DNA from: an uncultured Clostridia bacterium
GTDB lineage: Bacteria; Bacillota; Clostridia; TANB77; CAG-508
DNA: 60,867 nucleotides
Assembly (NCBI GenBank): GCA_944386665.1
Contig: CALXBZ010000001.1
Span: forward strand, 1 to 60,867
Direction: 5' to 3'
Positions 37,319-47,548 of this stretch are shown in pieces (position 1 is the first letter of the stretch; each line of letters opens with the position of its first letter). The position numbers and the translations under genes were made by a program. The notes under the pieces are model-generated. The model was not told the origin of the DNA. It saw nothing but the letters and a program-made list of their open reading frames with translations, and did not search any database.

Positions 37319-37870
37319 TCATTTAAGAAATATCAAGGATACTCTTCCGTATTTTCTTAAATCATATATTTTGTAATCAATATTTATGTTACTTATTTCT
37401 TTTAGATCTCTTTCTGGTTCATCTGTTTCTATTATAATTATTCCACCATTTTTTAGCATTTTCGCTTCATTAATTCTTTTCAAAGCTTCTATTGAGAATT
37501 TTTCTTTATATGGTGGATCTAAAAATATAATATCAAATTGTATGTTCTTTAGTTCTTCAATACATTTAAGGTAATCTTTATTAAATACCTCTGCTTTTTC
37601 TTTTAATTTTGTCTTGTTTAAATTTTGTTCTATCATTTCTATTGCCTTTATAGAAACATCGCAAAAATAAGCTTTTTCTGCTCTTCTACTTAAAAATTCT
37701 ATTCCTATAGCACCACTTCCAGCAAATAAATCTAGTACAGTTGAATCTTCAATTTTGTTTTGTATTATATTAAAAAGTGATTCTTTAACTCTATCTAAAG
37801 TTGGTCTAGTGCTTATGTTATCAATAGAATGTAGTGTTGTGCCTCTAGCTGTTCCGCTTATTACTCTCAT
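37319..37870 (-). CDS. rsmD: 16S rRNA (guanine966-N2)-methyltransferase RsmD
   Basis: MRVISGTARG...RPTLDRVKESLFNI and DLFAGSGAIGIE, with the DPPY motif (FLDPPY). Confidence 0.9.
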   Translation of the reverse strand: MRVISGTARGTTLHSIDNISTRPTLDRVKESLFNIIQNKIEDSTVLDLFAGSGAIGIEFLSRRAEKAYFCDVSIKAIEMIEQNLNKTKLKEKAEVFNKDYLKCIEELKNIQFDIIFLDPPYKEKFSIEALKRINEAKMLKNGGIIIIETDEPERDLKEISNINIDYKIYDLRKYGRVSLIFLK

Positions 37871-37938
37871 GTGTATTCTTCCTCCAACTGCTTATATTGG
37901 TAGATAATAGCAGATATTAATGATAACTTTATATATCT

Positions 37939-37966
37939 ATTTTATATATTTTTTTTCATATGTCAA
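37939..37966 (-). promoter_or_regulatory. Candidate sigma-A promoter for the rsmD unit
   Basis: On the minus strand: TTGACA (37961-37966), 16-nt spacer, TAAAAT (37939-37944). Confidence 0.4.
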
Positions 37967-38064
37967 GATTTATAATGCAATTGTAATATACATTTAATAG
38001 TGCTGTAACATTTTTCTTCTTTTTGTAATTTTTAGTTTGCAAATTATTCTTTCTTAAAAGTAAG

Positions 38065-38099
38065 TAAAAAGATTTGGAAAACATTCCAAATCTTTTTTC
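38065..38099 (-). terminator. Rho-independent terminator after divIVA
   Basis: AGATTTGGA (38070-38078) / TCCAAATCT (38085-38093) flanked by A- and T-runs. Confidence 0.6.
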
Positions 38100-38130
38100 T
38101 TTAGTTTGTATGTAATTTAGCTTTTGATTC

Positions 38131-38586
38131 TTATTCTTGACCTTTATTAACTTCTTTTATTAATTCTAATTGTGATATTAGTAAAGATTCCATTTTTGCT
38201 TTATACACATCAAATTGTTTTTGTAAATCTTCTAGTTCTTTTTGCTTTATTAATATTTGTTGTTCTAATGTAGCTAATGACTGCTTAGACTCAGCTTCTG
38301 CATCTTTTACAATTTGGTCAGCTTGTTGTTTTGCTACATTTTTTATATCTTCTGCTGTTGATTGAGCCATTATAAGTGTATTGTTTAGTGTTCCTTCTAT
38401 TTGTTTATAATGTTCAAGCTTTCCTTGCAATTCTGATATTTTATCTTGGCTTTCACTGTTGTCTTTATATAATTTTTCATAGCAAGCTGTTAAATCATCT
38501 AAAAAATCATCAACTTCTTCTACACTATATCCATTCATCATTTGTTTGGAAAATTTCTTGTTTTCTATTTCTAATGGTGTAATCAT
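38131..38586 (-). CDS. divIVA: Cell-division protein DivIVA
   Basis: MITPLEIENKKFSKQMMNGYSVEEVDDFLD followed by coiled coil. Confidence 0.9.
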   Translation of the reverse strand: MITPLEIENKKFSKQMMNGYSVEEVDDFLDDLTACYEKLYKDNSESQDKISELQGKLEHYKQIEGTLNNTLIMAQSTAEDIKNVAKQQADQIVKDAEAESKQSLATLEQQILIKQKELEDLQKQFDVYKAKMESLLISQLELIKEVNKGQE

Positions 38587-38613
38587 TTTTATTCCTCCTA
38601 AATTATATATTGA

Positions 38614-39081
38614 CTAGTTATTTCCATTGTTTTTCAACCAAGAAACAGATAGCTTGTTTTTTATTTCCTCTCTTGCCATCTCATTTGTTATATCGTAGTT
38701 ATATGGTGCAATTAAGAATATTGAATTTGATACTTTTTGTATATGTCCATCCAAAGCATGAACAGCACCACTAACAACGTCAATAATTCTTCTTGCAATA
38801 TCTTTGTTTACATATTCCAAGTTTACTATTACAGATTGTTTCTCTTTTAATAAATCGCATATATCCTCTGCTTGTTCAAAAGTAGTTGGTTGCGAAATAA
38901 CCATTTTTACTTGTTGTGGTTGAGGCATAGCTACTACTTTAGTGCGTCTTCCCCAAATTTTATTTTCTCTATTATCTTCCTCTTCTACTTCTTCATTGAA
39001 GTCTTCATAATCTTCTTGTTCTTCTTCATTTGAGTCCATTCCAAATGCTCCCCAAATTTTATTCATTATAGCTCCTGACAT
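38614..39081 (-). CDS. sepF: Cell division protein SepF
   Basis: Acidic linker, then the core QPTTFEQAEDICDLLKEKQSVIVNLE...DGHIQKVSNSIFLIAP. SD AGGAGG upstream. Confidence 0.85.
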   Translation of the reverse strand: MSGAIMNKIWGAFGMDSNEEEQEDYEDFNEEVEEEDNRENKIWGRRTKVVAMPQPQQVKMVISQPTTFEQAEDICDLLKEKQSVIVNLEYVNKDIARRIIDVVSGAVHALDGHIQKVSNSIFLIAPYNYDITNEMAREEIKNKLSVSWLKNNGNN

Positions 39082-39198
39082 TATAAACCTCCTAATATTT
39101 ATCGTCCTATGTAAATTACTAGCTATAGTATCTATCTTTTTTTAATTATTGTCAATAGTTTTTTTGTATTGTAATTTTATTTTAAGTGTTTTGTAATA

Positions 39199-40485
39199 TT
39201 ATTGTAACATTTGTTCATCAGTTGGATTTATTACTATCTCGTCATACAATGCAATGTTTTTCATATTATATATTTGTGTATTGCTAAATCCTAATTCTTT
39301 TAATTCTTCACTTTTATATTGTTTAACAATACAATATTCGTCATTTTGTTTTAATATTTTTACTAACATTTTATTATAATAGCCATTTCTGTTTCTAACC
39401 ACATATGATAAACCATTTTCTTCTTTTATTGCATCATTTGGAATTCTAAATCCATCTGCATCCCACCAAATTATATCAAAAGAAATTTTTCGATATGCAA
39501 TTATCTTTTCTACGTTATCTGTAATTTTAATGGTTATTGTTCTACTTCCATCGGTTTCTTCTATTATATTTTCAACGCTTGCATTTACTATATCAGCATT
39601 TTGCAATCTTATTTTAATTGTATTACCTATTTTGGTATCTTTAGCTTCATTTGAGCTAGAATTAAATATTATATAACATTGAAAATTATTTATTATTTTT
39701 CCTACTTCTTCACTACTTGCTACTATTTGACCTGTTTTAATATTTAAATTCTCTAAAAATTCTTTATCTAGGTTTGCAAAATTATCTGTTTTTAATGTTT
39801 CTTCTAGTCCATCCACTCTATAAGAAACTATTCCAGGTTCTGATGCTACTATGTATTCAGCATCTGCATTAAGTCTATTTTCATATTCTTCTTTTTCCGA
39901 TAATAATTGTTTTAAGTACGAACCTGATGGGCTCTGTTCTCCCGATATTTTGGCTTTTTTTGATATATTTGAGTTTATATTTTTTTTGTACTCTTGAATT
40001 TTTTGTATGTTGTTTACTTGGTAAACCGAATTTAATTCTTTTTCTATTTGAGTCTCTAACAGTTTTATATCACTTGTAAATACACTTTGCTCATTTTGCA
40101 TAACCTCTTGTATTTTTGTATCAAGCTCTGCAATTTTTGTTTTTAAATCATTTTCTCCTGATGAGTAATATCTAAATATCGATTCTCCTTTTGCAACTTT
40201 TTCTCCTTCACTTTTTATTTTTACCATACCGTTTTTATAATTCTGACCTTTAACAACAGTTTCTTCTCTAACAATGTAACCTATTGCATTTTCTTCTTGA
40301 GATATTTTTCCATTAGTCACTATAAATGTATTGGTTGGATTTTTTACAAGTTTAATGGCTCCATATATAGCATAAGCAAGTATAATCACTATTAATATAA
40401 TTGTAATTAACAATTTTATATTAAATTTTATTTTGTTATTTTTTTGACGTACCTCTTCGTTAGGTACTTTTGTTTTTTTATTCAC
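39199..40485 (-). CDS. Membrane-anchored HlyD-like (barrel-sandwich/coiled-coil) protein
   Basis: One N-terminal TM helix, a central coiled coil and beta-rich flanks. The family assignment is tentative. Confidence 0.45.
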   Translation of the reverse strand: MNKKTKVPNEEVRQKNNKIKFNIKLLITIILIVIILAYAIYGAIKLVKNPTNTFIVTNGKISQEENAIGYIVREETVVKGQNYKNGMVKIKSEGEKVAKGESIFRYYSSGENDLKTKIAELDTKIQEVMQNEQSVFTSDIKLLETQIEKELNSVYQVNNIQKIQEYKKNINSNISKKAKISGEQSPSGSYLKQLLSEKEEYENRLNADAEYIVASEPGIVSYRVDGLEETLKTDNFANLDKEFLENLNIKTGQIVASSEEVGKIINNFQCYIIFNSSSNEAKDTKIGNTIKIRLQNADIVNASVENIIEETDGSRTITIKITDNVEKIIAYRKISFDIIWWDADGFRIPNDAIKEENGLSYVVRNRNGYYNKMLVKILKQNDEYCIVKQYKSEELKELGFSNTQIYNMKNIALYDEIVINPTDEQMLQ

Positions 40486-41401
40486 TCTTTATTCCCTCCA
40501 AAATAATATTTACATTATTTTGCATATTATTTAGTCCATCTAGCCAAGTTATATTAGGTATTTTTCTAAACCATGTTAATTGTCTTTTTGCGTATCTTCT
40601 TGTCTCCATTTTCACTTTTTCTACCATTTCTTCTTTCGTAATTTCTTTATTTAAGTAGTCTATTACTTCTTTATAGCCTATTCCTTGTGCTGCTGTGCAT
40701 AGTTGTTTTCCATACTTACTATATAATTGTTCCACTTCTTCAATTAGCCCTTTTCCAATCATTATATCTACTCTTTTATTAATTCTATCATATAAAATTT
40801 CTCTTGGCATGTTTATAGCAAATACTTTATATTCATATGGAATACCATTTTTTCTTGATTCTATTTCTAATTCAGTTTTTGTTTTTCCTGTTTCTTTGTA
40901 TATTTCTAAGACTCTTATAATTCTTTTTTTATCATTAACACTTATATTTTTCATGGCTTCTTCATCTATTTCTTTAGCCATTTTATACAAATATTCTAAG
41001 CCTTTTTCATTAGCCATTTCTTCTAATTCTGCTCTATATTTTAAATCTGTTTCTATTTCTGGGTAGTCTATTCCATATATTAACGAATTTACATATAAAC
41101 CTGTTCCTCCCACCACTATGGGACTTTTCTTATTGCTTATTATTTCTTCTATAGCACATATTGCATCTTTTTTATATTCCGAAACGCTATATCTTTTTGA
41201 TGGTGATACAGTTCCTACTAAATAATGTTTTATACCTTGCATTTCTTCTTTGTCTGGTTTAGCTGTTCCAATACTCATTTCATCATATATTTGCATTGAA
41301 TCTGCTGAAACAATTTCACCATTTATTTTTTTAGCTAATTCGATGGATAACGCTGTTTTTCCACTTGCGGTAGGCCCACATATAACTATAACTTTTTGCA
41401 T
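40478..41401 (-). CDS. miaA: tRNA dimethylallyltransferase MiaA
   Basis: VICGPTASGKTALSIELA P-loop, SADSMQIY and RRYAKRQLTWFR motifs. Confidence 0.95.
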   Translation of the reverse strand: MQKVIVICGPTASGKTALSIELAKKINGEIVSADSMQIYDEMSIGTAKPDKEEMQGIKHYLVGTVSPSKRYSVSEYKKDAICAIEEIISNKKSPIVVGGTGLYVNSLIYGIDYPEIETDLKYRAELEEMANEKGLEYLYKMAKEIDEEAMKNISVNDKKRIIRVLEIYKETGKTKTELEIESRKNGIPYEYKVFAINMPREILYDRINKRVDIMIGKGLIEEVEQLYSKYGKQLCTAAQGIGYKEVIDYLNKEITKEEMVEKVKMETRRYAKRQLTWFRKIPNITWLDGLNNMQNNVNIILEGIKSE

Positions 41402-41416
41402 AATTTATTTCCTTCA

Positions 41417-42004
41417 TTATTCTACATTACTAATAGTATTATTTACTATTTCATTTTTAGTTGTATTTTCTGATATTTCATTCTTTTCTTCATTTAACAC
41501 ATTTTCTGTAATTTCATTTAATATTGTTCCATTTTGTATTTCATTATTTTCTAATGTCTCTTGCTTAATATTCTTAGTTTGTTGTTCGTTTATCATGTTG
41601 ATTATTCCTTTTTCAATTTTTCTAAAGTAAAAGAATTCACCTATTATTAATGCAATTCCTATAATAACAACAACTATTGCTCTTTTGTTTAATTGTTCTG
41701 TTGTTATTTCTCTATCTTTGCCTTTTTTAAATGATCTTAATAAAAATGGTACTAGTATAATGGCGTTGACTGGAACAAAGGAAAATATTATCATATCTTT
41801 TGCTTTTTTTGTTGTTTCTTTGTCTAATCCTATAGAGCTAAAGAAGTATATTATTAATACTAATATGTATATTAGTCCCATTGAAATCATTGTATATAGT
41901 AATTTTTTTGTTTTCTCAATATTTCTGTCAAAAGAATGATATATTAAGAGTATTGCTACTACATTTGCAATTAATATAAATAAATAAATTATTAGGTTAC
42001 TCAT
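41417..42004 (-). CDS. Hypothetical membrane protein (195 aa)
   Basis: Four predicted TM helices and an Asn/Glu-rich tail. No motif recognised. Confidence 0.5.
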   Translation of the reverse strand: MSNLIIYLFILIANVVAILLIYHSFDRNIEKTKKLLYTMISMGLIYILVLIIYFFSSIGLDKETTKKAKDMIIFSFVPVNAIILVPFLLRSFKKGKDREITTEQLNKRAIVVVIIGIALIIGEFFYFRKIEKGIINMINEQQTKNIKQETLENNEIQNGTILNEITENVLNEEKNEISENTTKNEIVNNTISNVE

Positions 42005-42046
42005 TTTAAATTTATTCCTTTCTATTTTTGTTTCTACTTATACTTG

Positions 42047-44116
42047 TTATCTTCTAGAAAATTTCTTTTCTATATCATTTTTAGTCATTCTTATTGCGGT
42101 TGGTCTTCCATGTGGACATGTAAAAGGATTAGGTAATTGTAATAATCTGTCTAGCAATTGTGTTACTTCCTCTGTTGCTAACGCCATATGTGCTTTAACA
42201 GCAGCTTTACATGCTACTGTTGCAATAAATTTTTCCTCTATTTCCTGTTTTGCAGTTCTTGCAACTGTATTTATTTCGTCAAGAGTTTCTAAAAATAGTT
42301 CTTTAGTTTCCAAATCAATTAATACGTCTGGTACACCACTTAATTTTATAGTGTTTTCTCCAAACTCTTCTACCATAAATCCTGCTCTTCTGAACATTTC
42401 TCTATTGTCTTTGTATATTTCCATTTCCTTATGAGTTAAAGTTATTATGTCTGGAAGTAACATCAATTGAGAATTTTTTGTATTGTTATTGTAATAGTTT
42501 TCTTTTATTTTTTCATACATAATTCTTTCATGTGCAGCATGTTGATCAATTATGTATAAATCTGATTTCATTTCTATTATTATATAGGTATTAAATGCAA
42601 TTCCAACAAATTTATATATTGGTTTGGTTAAATATTTGCTTTCGTTTTCAAACACGGAAACATTATCTTGTTCATTAATTGGCTTAAACTCTTTTTCAAT
42701 ATTTAGTTCATCCTCTACTGTTTCTTCTTTTTTCTTAGTCGCTATTCCAAAATTTTTTTCATACATCTCTAAAAACTCAGTAGTTGTTTCATTTTCTTTT
42801 TGCATTTCAGTATCTTTTATTTCTGTATTTTCTTTTTTTACATTTGTATTAACATTTTCTATAATGTTTTGCATTCTTTTCAATTTAAACATTACATCTT
42901 CAAAAGCTTCTTCATTCTTTTTTTCGTTTTCTTGTATCTGTTGTTCATCCTTTTTGTATATGTTGTCTGTTATATCTTGAGAATATTGCTTAACACTAGG
43001 ATTTAATATATCTCTAAAATTAGTATCATTTACTTTTTCTATTTTAGGATTCTCTGTTATGGTTTCTGTATTATATTTTGTTTTCTCACTATCTATTTTA
43101 TCTATACTAGATGTATCTGCTACAAGATCTCCATTTATTAATCCTTCTCTTATTGAATGATAAATTGCTTTAAAAATTTTAGTTTCCTCTTGAAATCTAA
43201 CTTCTAATTTTGCAGGATGCACGTTAACATCAACTTTTCTTGGATCCACTTCTATATTCAGTACTAAAAATCCATGTTTTCCAATTGTTACAAAACCTTT
43301 AAAAGCTTGTTCTGCAGCACCTGATAAAGTCTTATCTTTTACAAATCTATTGTTTACAAAAAACAATTGATTGCTTCTATTTGATCTTGATATTACAGGT
43401 TTTCCAATAACTCCTTTGACCAAAATATCTTCATATGTATATTCTATATTTATTAGATTATCTGCAATTTCTTTTCCATAAATATTATATATAACTGGTT
43501 TTATATCTCCATTTCCAGATGTTTGTATTACCGTTTTTCCTGTGTTTATTAGTTTTATAGAGATTTCTGGGTGTACTAAAGCAATTCTTGTTACAACATC
43601 TTCAATATATCCAGATTCTGTAAAATCTTTTTTTAAAAACTTATATCTAACTGGAGTGTTATAGAATAGGTTTTCTATTGTTATGCTTGTACCATTTGGG
43701 CATCCAGTTTCATTTTTGCTTAATATTTTTCCTCCTTCAACTATTACCTCATAGCCATTTTCACTATCTGCTGTTTTTGATACTAAGCTTACTTTAGCAA
43801 TAGATGCAATACTTGCTAAAGCTTCTCCTCTAAACCCCATAGATTTTATTCCATCTAAATCTTCCGCATTTCGTAATTTACTTGTAGCATGTCTTTCAAA
43901 TGCAATTTCTAAGTCATCTTGCATTATTCCCTTTCCATTATCTGTAACACGAATATAAGAAATTCCACCGTTTCTTATTTCTACAGTTATTGCTGTTGCA
44001 CCAGCATCTATTGAATTTTCCATAACTTCTTTTACAACTGATGCTGGTCTTTCAATAACTTCTCCTGCAGCTATTTTATTTATTGTTAAATCATCTAATA
44101 AAACTATTTTTCCCAT
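42047..44116 (-). CDS. mutL: DNA mismatch repair protein MutL
   Basis: NKIAAGEVIERPASVVKEVMENSIDAGAT and GFRGEALASI motifs. The C-terminal endonuclease region has DQHAAHERI and CPHGRP. Confidence 0.97.
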   Translation of the reverse strand: MGKIVLLDDLTINKIAAGEVIERPASVVKEVMENSIDAGATAITVEIRNGGISYIRVTDNGKGIMQDDLEIAFERHATSKLRNAEDLDGIKSMGFRGEALASIASIAKVSLVSKTADSENGYEVIVEGGKILSKNETGCPNGTSITIENLFYNTPVRYKFLKKDFTESGYIEDVVTRIALVHPEISIKLINTGKTVIQTSGNGDIKPVIYNIYGKEIADNLINIEYTYEDILVKGVIGKPVISRSNRSNQLFFVNNRFVKDKTLSGAAEQAFKGFVTIGKHGFLVLNIEVDPRKVDVNVHPAKLEVRFQEETKIFKAIYHSIREGLINGDLVADTSSIDKIDSEKTKYNTETITENPKIEKVNDTNFRDILNPSVKQYSQDITDNIYKKDEQQIQENEKKNEEAFEDVMFKLKRMQNIIENVNTNVKKENTEIKDTEMQKENETTTEFLEMYEKNFGIATKKKEETVEDELNIEKEFKPINEQDNVSVFENESKYLTKPIYKFVGIAFNTYIIIEMKSDLYIIDQHAAHERIMYEKIKENYYNNNTKNSQLMLLPDIITLTHKEMEIYKDNREMFRRAGFMVEEFGENTIKLSGVPDVLIDLETKELFLETLDEINTVARTAKQEIEEKFIATVACKAAVKAHMALATEEVTQLLDRLLQLPNPFTCPHGRPTAIRMTKNDIEKKFSRR

Positions 44117-44317
44117 TATTTTATCCCTTTCACTCTTTTGTCCACTACTTCTTTGTAGATTATATCATTAATTATATTTCTTTGTATAGTTTTTTGCAAA
44201 ATTTCTTTTTAATTTTAAATGTTTATAAATTGTAACACATATTTTAGGTTTGAATAATATATATCATACGAAAGATTAATAAATTATTTATTATCTTTAC
44301 AAAGGGAGGTAATTCAA

Positions 44318-44422
44318 ATGGGAAGAAATTGTTGTAATAGTGAACTTCTTTGGTTCATAATATTGTTCTTATTGTTATTCTGCTGTGGATGCGGAAACAT
44401 ATGTAACAACTCTTGTTGTTAG
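44318..44422 (+). CDS. Tiny Cys-rich transmembrane peptide (34 aa), not in the ORF track
   Basis: My translation: MGRNCCNSELLWFIILFLLLFCCGCGNICNNSCC. SD AAAGGGAGG lies 7 nt upstream of the ATG. Confidence 0.6.
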   Translation: MGRNCCNSELLWFIILFLLLFCCGCGNICNNSCC

Positions 44423-44465
44423 TAAATAATTGCAATTAGTACTTAATATAAAGGAGGTGAATTAA

Positions 44466-44597
44466 ATGCCAGACAATAATAGATGCTGTGGAAACAATTG
44501 TGGTTGTTTCGGAGGTAATAGTTGTATTTGGATTTTCATCATATTAATTATTATATGTTGCTGTTGTGGGCAAAATAACGTAGGTGGATGTTGCTAA
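44466..44597 (+). CDS. Tiny Cys-rich transmembrane peptide (43 aa), paralogous in design to the preceding one
   Basis: My translation: MPDNNRCCGNNCGCFGGNSCIWIFIILIIICCCCGQNNVGGCC. SD AAAGGAGGTG upstream. Followed by a terminator. Confidence 0.6.
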   Translation: MPDNNRCCGNNCGCFGGNSCIWIFIILIIICCCCGQNNVGGCC

Positions 44598-44617
44598 TTA
44601 GTTCGCAAATTTTATAC

Positions 44618-44655
44618 AAAAAATCCAGCTCCCACAGATTGAGCTGGATTTTTTG
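44618..44655. terminator. Bidirectional rho-independent terminator
   Basis: ATCCAGCTC (44623-44631) / GAGCTGGAT (44641-44649), A-run before and T-run after. It lies between convergent genes. Confidence 0.7.
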
Positions 44656-44688
44656 GTTTCTATTTTAGAACATTCTTTTCGTATTCAT

Positions 44689-46203
44689 TTAATATTCATT
44701 AGTATCTTTTGTTGATAGTTCGACATTTCCTTCACTATCTAGTACTATATATTTTTTTAGATATTCTGTATTACTATATTCTGTATAATAATCTAGTTCT
44801 TTACTTCCACTTAATATAATAACTATTCTGTTATTTACTATTTGCATATCTGCACTGTAAATTGAATCCATTGTTGTATCTGCATTCATTTTTTTTATTA
44901 CATTTCCTTTATAGTCAACCATCATTATTGCATCTTTATTGTCATTACCTATTAGTAATATTCTATCTGATAACATTGATATTGCTATTTTATTTCCTAC
45001 AAGTACAGGTTCTATTACATTTTCGCCTGTCGTCAAATCTATTAAATATAAATCATTGTCTATAACTACGGAAAGTTGAGATGCAGTATAGTCCATAGGA
45101 GTGCTATATATGTCAAAATCAGAAGATTTATAATCAAATTCTCTTCCCCATATTTTATTAAAATCTTTGTCATAATAATCCATATATAATTTCTTTGTGC
45201 TTTCTTCATGAGTTGTTACAATAAAATGTTGAAAATCTGCTGATATAAATAAATGTTTGTTAATTGGTACAAAATCTTTACTTGTATATCCTATATATCC
45301 TATTTCCCTTAACATTGCAAATTCCTTAAAGTTGGCATTTGTTTGATTATCTAAAGTTACAATATACATTGGGTCTGCAGCAGAATATCCATATGCTTGT
45401 GTATCCGCTGGTTCCGTAATTTTTATATCATTTCCAAATATGTATTTTGCAACTTTTGTAATATCATCCAAATTAAATCTTCTCTCTTTTGCTATGTCGT
45501 ATGAATATATTGAATTTATTACTGGAACTGTATATGTCTTTCCATTAACTTCAAATTCCTCAACTCCAGTATATATACCATATACTATTATCTCGTCATC
45601 CTTTATATATCTTTCATCTAACTGTTTGCTTTTAATTACAAATAATTCTGATTCTTCATAGCTTTCTAACTCTCCCTCTGGCGAGTCAAATCCTTCATAT
45701 CCTATTACTCCCATGCATATAAATTCATCATTTGTAGATTTTATTACCTTCTTTATTACGCAATCTATTTTTACTTGTGCATCTTGGTATACCTTAGGAT
45801 ATCGTTGCAAGTCTTCAGACTTATATACATAAATATAATTATTATCAAAATATCTTAAAACGTCATATTGTGTATCATCTAGTTTTAAATTTTTATTTCC
45901 GCTTTTCATGTTAGAAAAACTTAATGTTTTAGTGCTTACCACTTGTCCATTTGCACCAATTTGCAGTATTGATTCATTCTTATTGTCTTTATTTGATAGT
46001 AGAAAAACGCCTAATGCTACACACGCAATAACACATAATACAATAATTACAATTAATATAATTGTTAATTTTTTGTTTGTTTTTTTTCTGTGTTCTTGTT
46101 CTGTGTTCTTATTCTGTGTGCCCTCTTCTTCAATCTTATTGCCACATTTAGGGCAAAATAATTCTCCTTCTTTTATTTCATTTCCACATTTGTTACAAAA
46201 CAT
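44689..46203 (-). CDS. Zinc-ribbon, single-TM protein with a large extracytoplasmic domain (504 aa)
   Basis: N-terminus FCNKCGNEIKEGELFCPKCGNKI (double CxxC), a TM helix ILIVIIVLCVIACVALGVFLL, then a beta-rich domain. Confidence 0.6.
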   Translation of the reverse strand: MFCNKCGNEIKEGELFCPKCGNKIEEEGTQNKNTEQEHRKKTNKKLTIILIVIIVLCVIACVALGVFLLSNKDNKNESILQIGANGQVVSTKTLSFSNMKSGNKNLKLDDTQYDVLRYFDNNYIYVYKSEDLQRYPKVYQDAQVKIDCVIKKVIKSTNDEFICMGVIGYEGFDSPEGELESYEESELFVIKSKQLDERYIKDDEIIVYGIYTGVEEFEVNGKTYTVPVINSIYSYDIAKERRFNLDDITKVAKYIFGNDIKITEPADTQAYGYSAADPMYIVTLDNQTNANFKEFAMLREIGYIGYTSKDFVPINKHLFISADFQHFIVTTHEESTKKLYMDYYDKDFNKIWGREFDYKSSDFDIYSTPMDYTASQLSVVIDNDLYLIDLTTGENVIEPVLVGNKIAISMLSDRILLIGNDNKDAIMMVDYKGNVIKKMNADTTMDSIYSADMQIVNNRIVIILSGSKELDYYTEYSNTEYLKKYIVLDSEGNVELSTKDTNEY

Positions 46204-46334
46204 TATTACATATCCTCCTATTTCATTTGTTTCCTTAATAATAGCATACCGTTTTTTTTATGTCCATACTTTTTATTCAAAACGAAAAAGTTCTATAAAT
46301 GTCGAAATTTACATGACTATTGTATTACTTTATA

Positions 46335-46380
46335 TCAAAAAAGCTATGAAGTATTGATATTTCAACACTTCATAGCTTTT
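46335..46380 (-). terminator. Rho-independent terminator after the zeta-like gene
   Basis: 11-bp stem AGCTATGAAGT (46342-46352) / ACTTCATAGCT (46367-46377). The plus-strand A-run 46337-46342 gives the minus-strand T-run. Confidence 0.65.
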
Positions 46381-46398
46381 AATTTAATTAATATATTT

Positions 46399-47355
46399 TT
46401 ATAATTCAATATTTCCATCACTATTATTATTTCTGTCAAATGATAACTCGTTTACAAATTCTCTTTCTAGTTCGGCTAGTTGGGAAATAAATTTTTTTCT
46501 CATGGTTTCTTGTGATAATAGAATGTTAATTTTCTCTCTTGCCATTTTTATTCTTGCTAAATATTTTACAGGTTCACTCATTATTCTTTTATGTTCATTT
46601 TCTCTTGCTTTAGCAACTGCATCGCAAGCATTAGCATATCTAGTTTCGCCTGTAGTGTATATTAGTGCTGGCATGTTAATTGACCTGCCTCTAGCATATA
46701 CATTTACTTCATCACATAATCCTCTTCTAGATATTTCTGCAATTTCTTGTAAGAATGGATAATACATTCTATCATGGTTATGTCTTTCTACTGGTCTTGG
46801 ATCATATCCTAATTCTAATAGTTTTATATCTCTTTCTATACATGATAAGAAACTCTCATATTTATCAACTGCCATAACATTAATTCTTACTCTATAGCCT
46901 TGCTTTTTAAAGGCTTCTATTCCATTATAATCTTTTTCTCCTTTTGTTAAGGAAATTTCTCTTATTATGTTTATTCTATTATCTCTTATAGTTTGATAAA
47001 TATGTGGACTAGCAACTTTTACAAATTCTCTTGAAATTGTATAACATTCGTTTGGTAGTAACTGTATTAACTCATCATAATATTTATGATATGTAGCAAT
47101 TTTATCTGCACCAACTTCTAATACACATTCGCCATTTCTTTGGTATTTTTCACCAATACATCTTCCTAAATTAGTCTTTCCTGCACCTGGTTGTCCAACC
47201 AAATATTCAATTGTTGGATTGTCTGAAGATAAATCTTCTATACTTCTTGCTGTTTTCTTCTGTCTTCTTGCTTCTATTAAAATTTGTGTAAAAAAATCCG
47301 ATATTCCTATATCTATGTCTTCTTGTGTTAGTTTGTATTTCCAATAATCTACCAT
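46399..47355 (-). CDS. Zeta-toxin/AAA_33-like P-loop kinase family protein (318 aa)
   Basis: Walker A GQPGAGKTN about 55 aa from the N-terminus, followed by LEVGADKIATYH. This is the zeta-like layout. Confidence 0.6.
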   Translation of the reverse strand: MVDYWKYKLTQEDIDIGISDFFTQILIEARRQKKTARSIEDLSSDNPTIEYLVGQPGAGKTNLGRCIGEKYQRNGECVLEVGADKIATYHKYYDELIQLLPNECYTISREFVKVASPHIYQTIRDNRINIIREISLTKGEKDYNGIEAFKKQGYRVRINVMAVDKYESFLSCIERDIKLLELGYDPRPVERHNHDRMYYPFLQEIAEISRRGLCDEVNVYARGRSINMPALIYTTGETRYANACDAVAKARENEHKRIMSEPVKYLARIKMAREKINILLSQETMRKKFISQLAELEREFVNELSFDRNNNSDGNIEL

Positions 47356-47383
47356 TTTAATATCCTTTTCTTATTTTTTGTAT

Positions 47384-47539
47384 TTAATTATCCTTTATTT
47401 TTTTAACATCATATTGTTCTATAATTTTTTCTATTTCTTCTCTCAATTTTATTTTACTCATATTTCTATTCTTTTTTATAAAATTTGAAATTTTCAATTG
47501 TTTTATGTATTCTAGTACTTCAACATCACTTTCTTTCAT
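47384..47539 (-). CDS. Small charged protein (51 aa), candidate antitoxin/partner; not in the ORF track
   Basis: My translation: MKESDVEVLEYIKQLKISNFIKKNRNMSKIKLREEIEKIIEQYDVKKIKDN. It ends 28 nt before the zeta-like start and begins 9 nt after the PHP gene stop. Confidence 0.4.
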   Translation of the reverse strand: MKESDVEVLEYIKQLKISNFIKKNRNMSKIKLREEIEKIIEQYDVKKIKDN

Positions 47540-47548
47540 ACACTTCAC

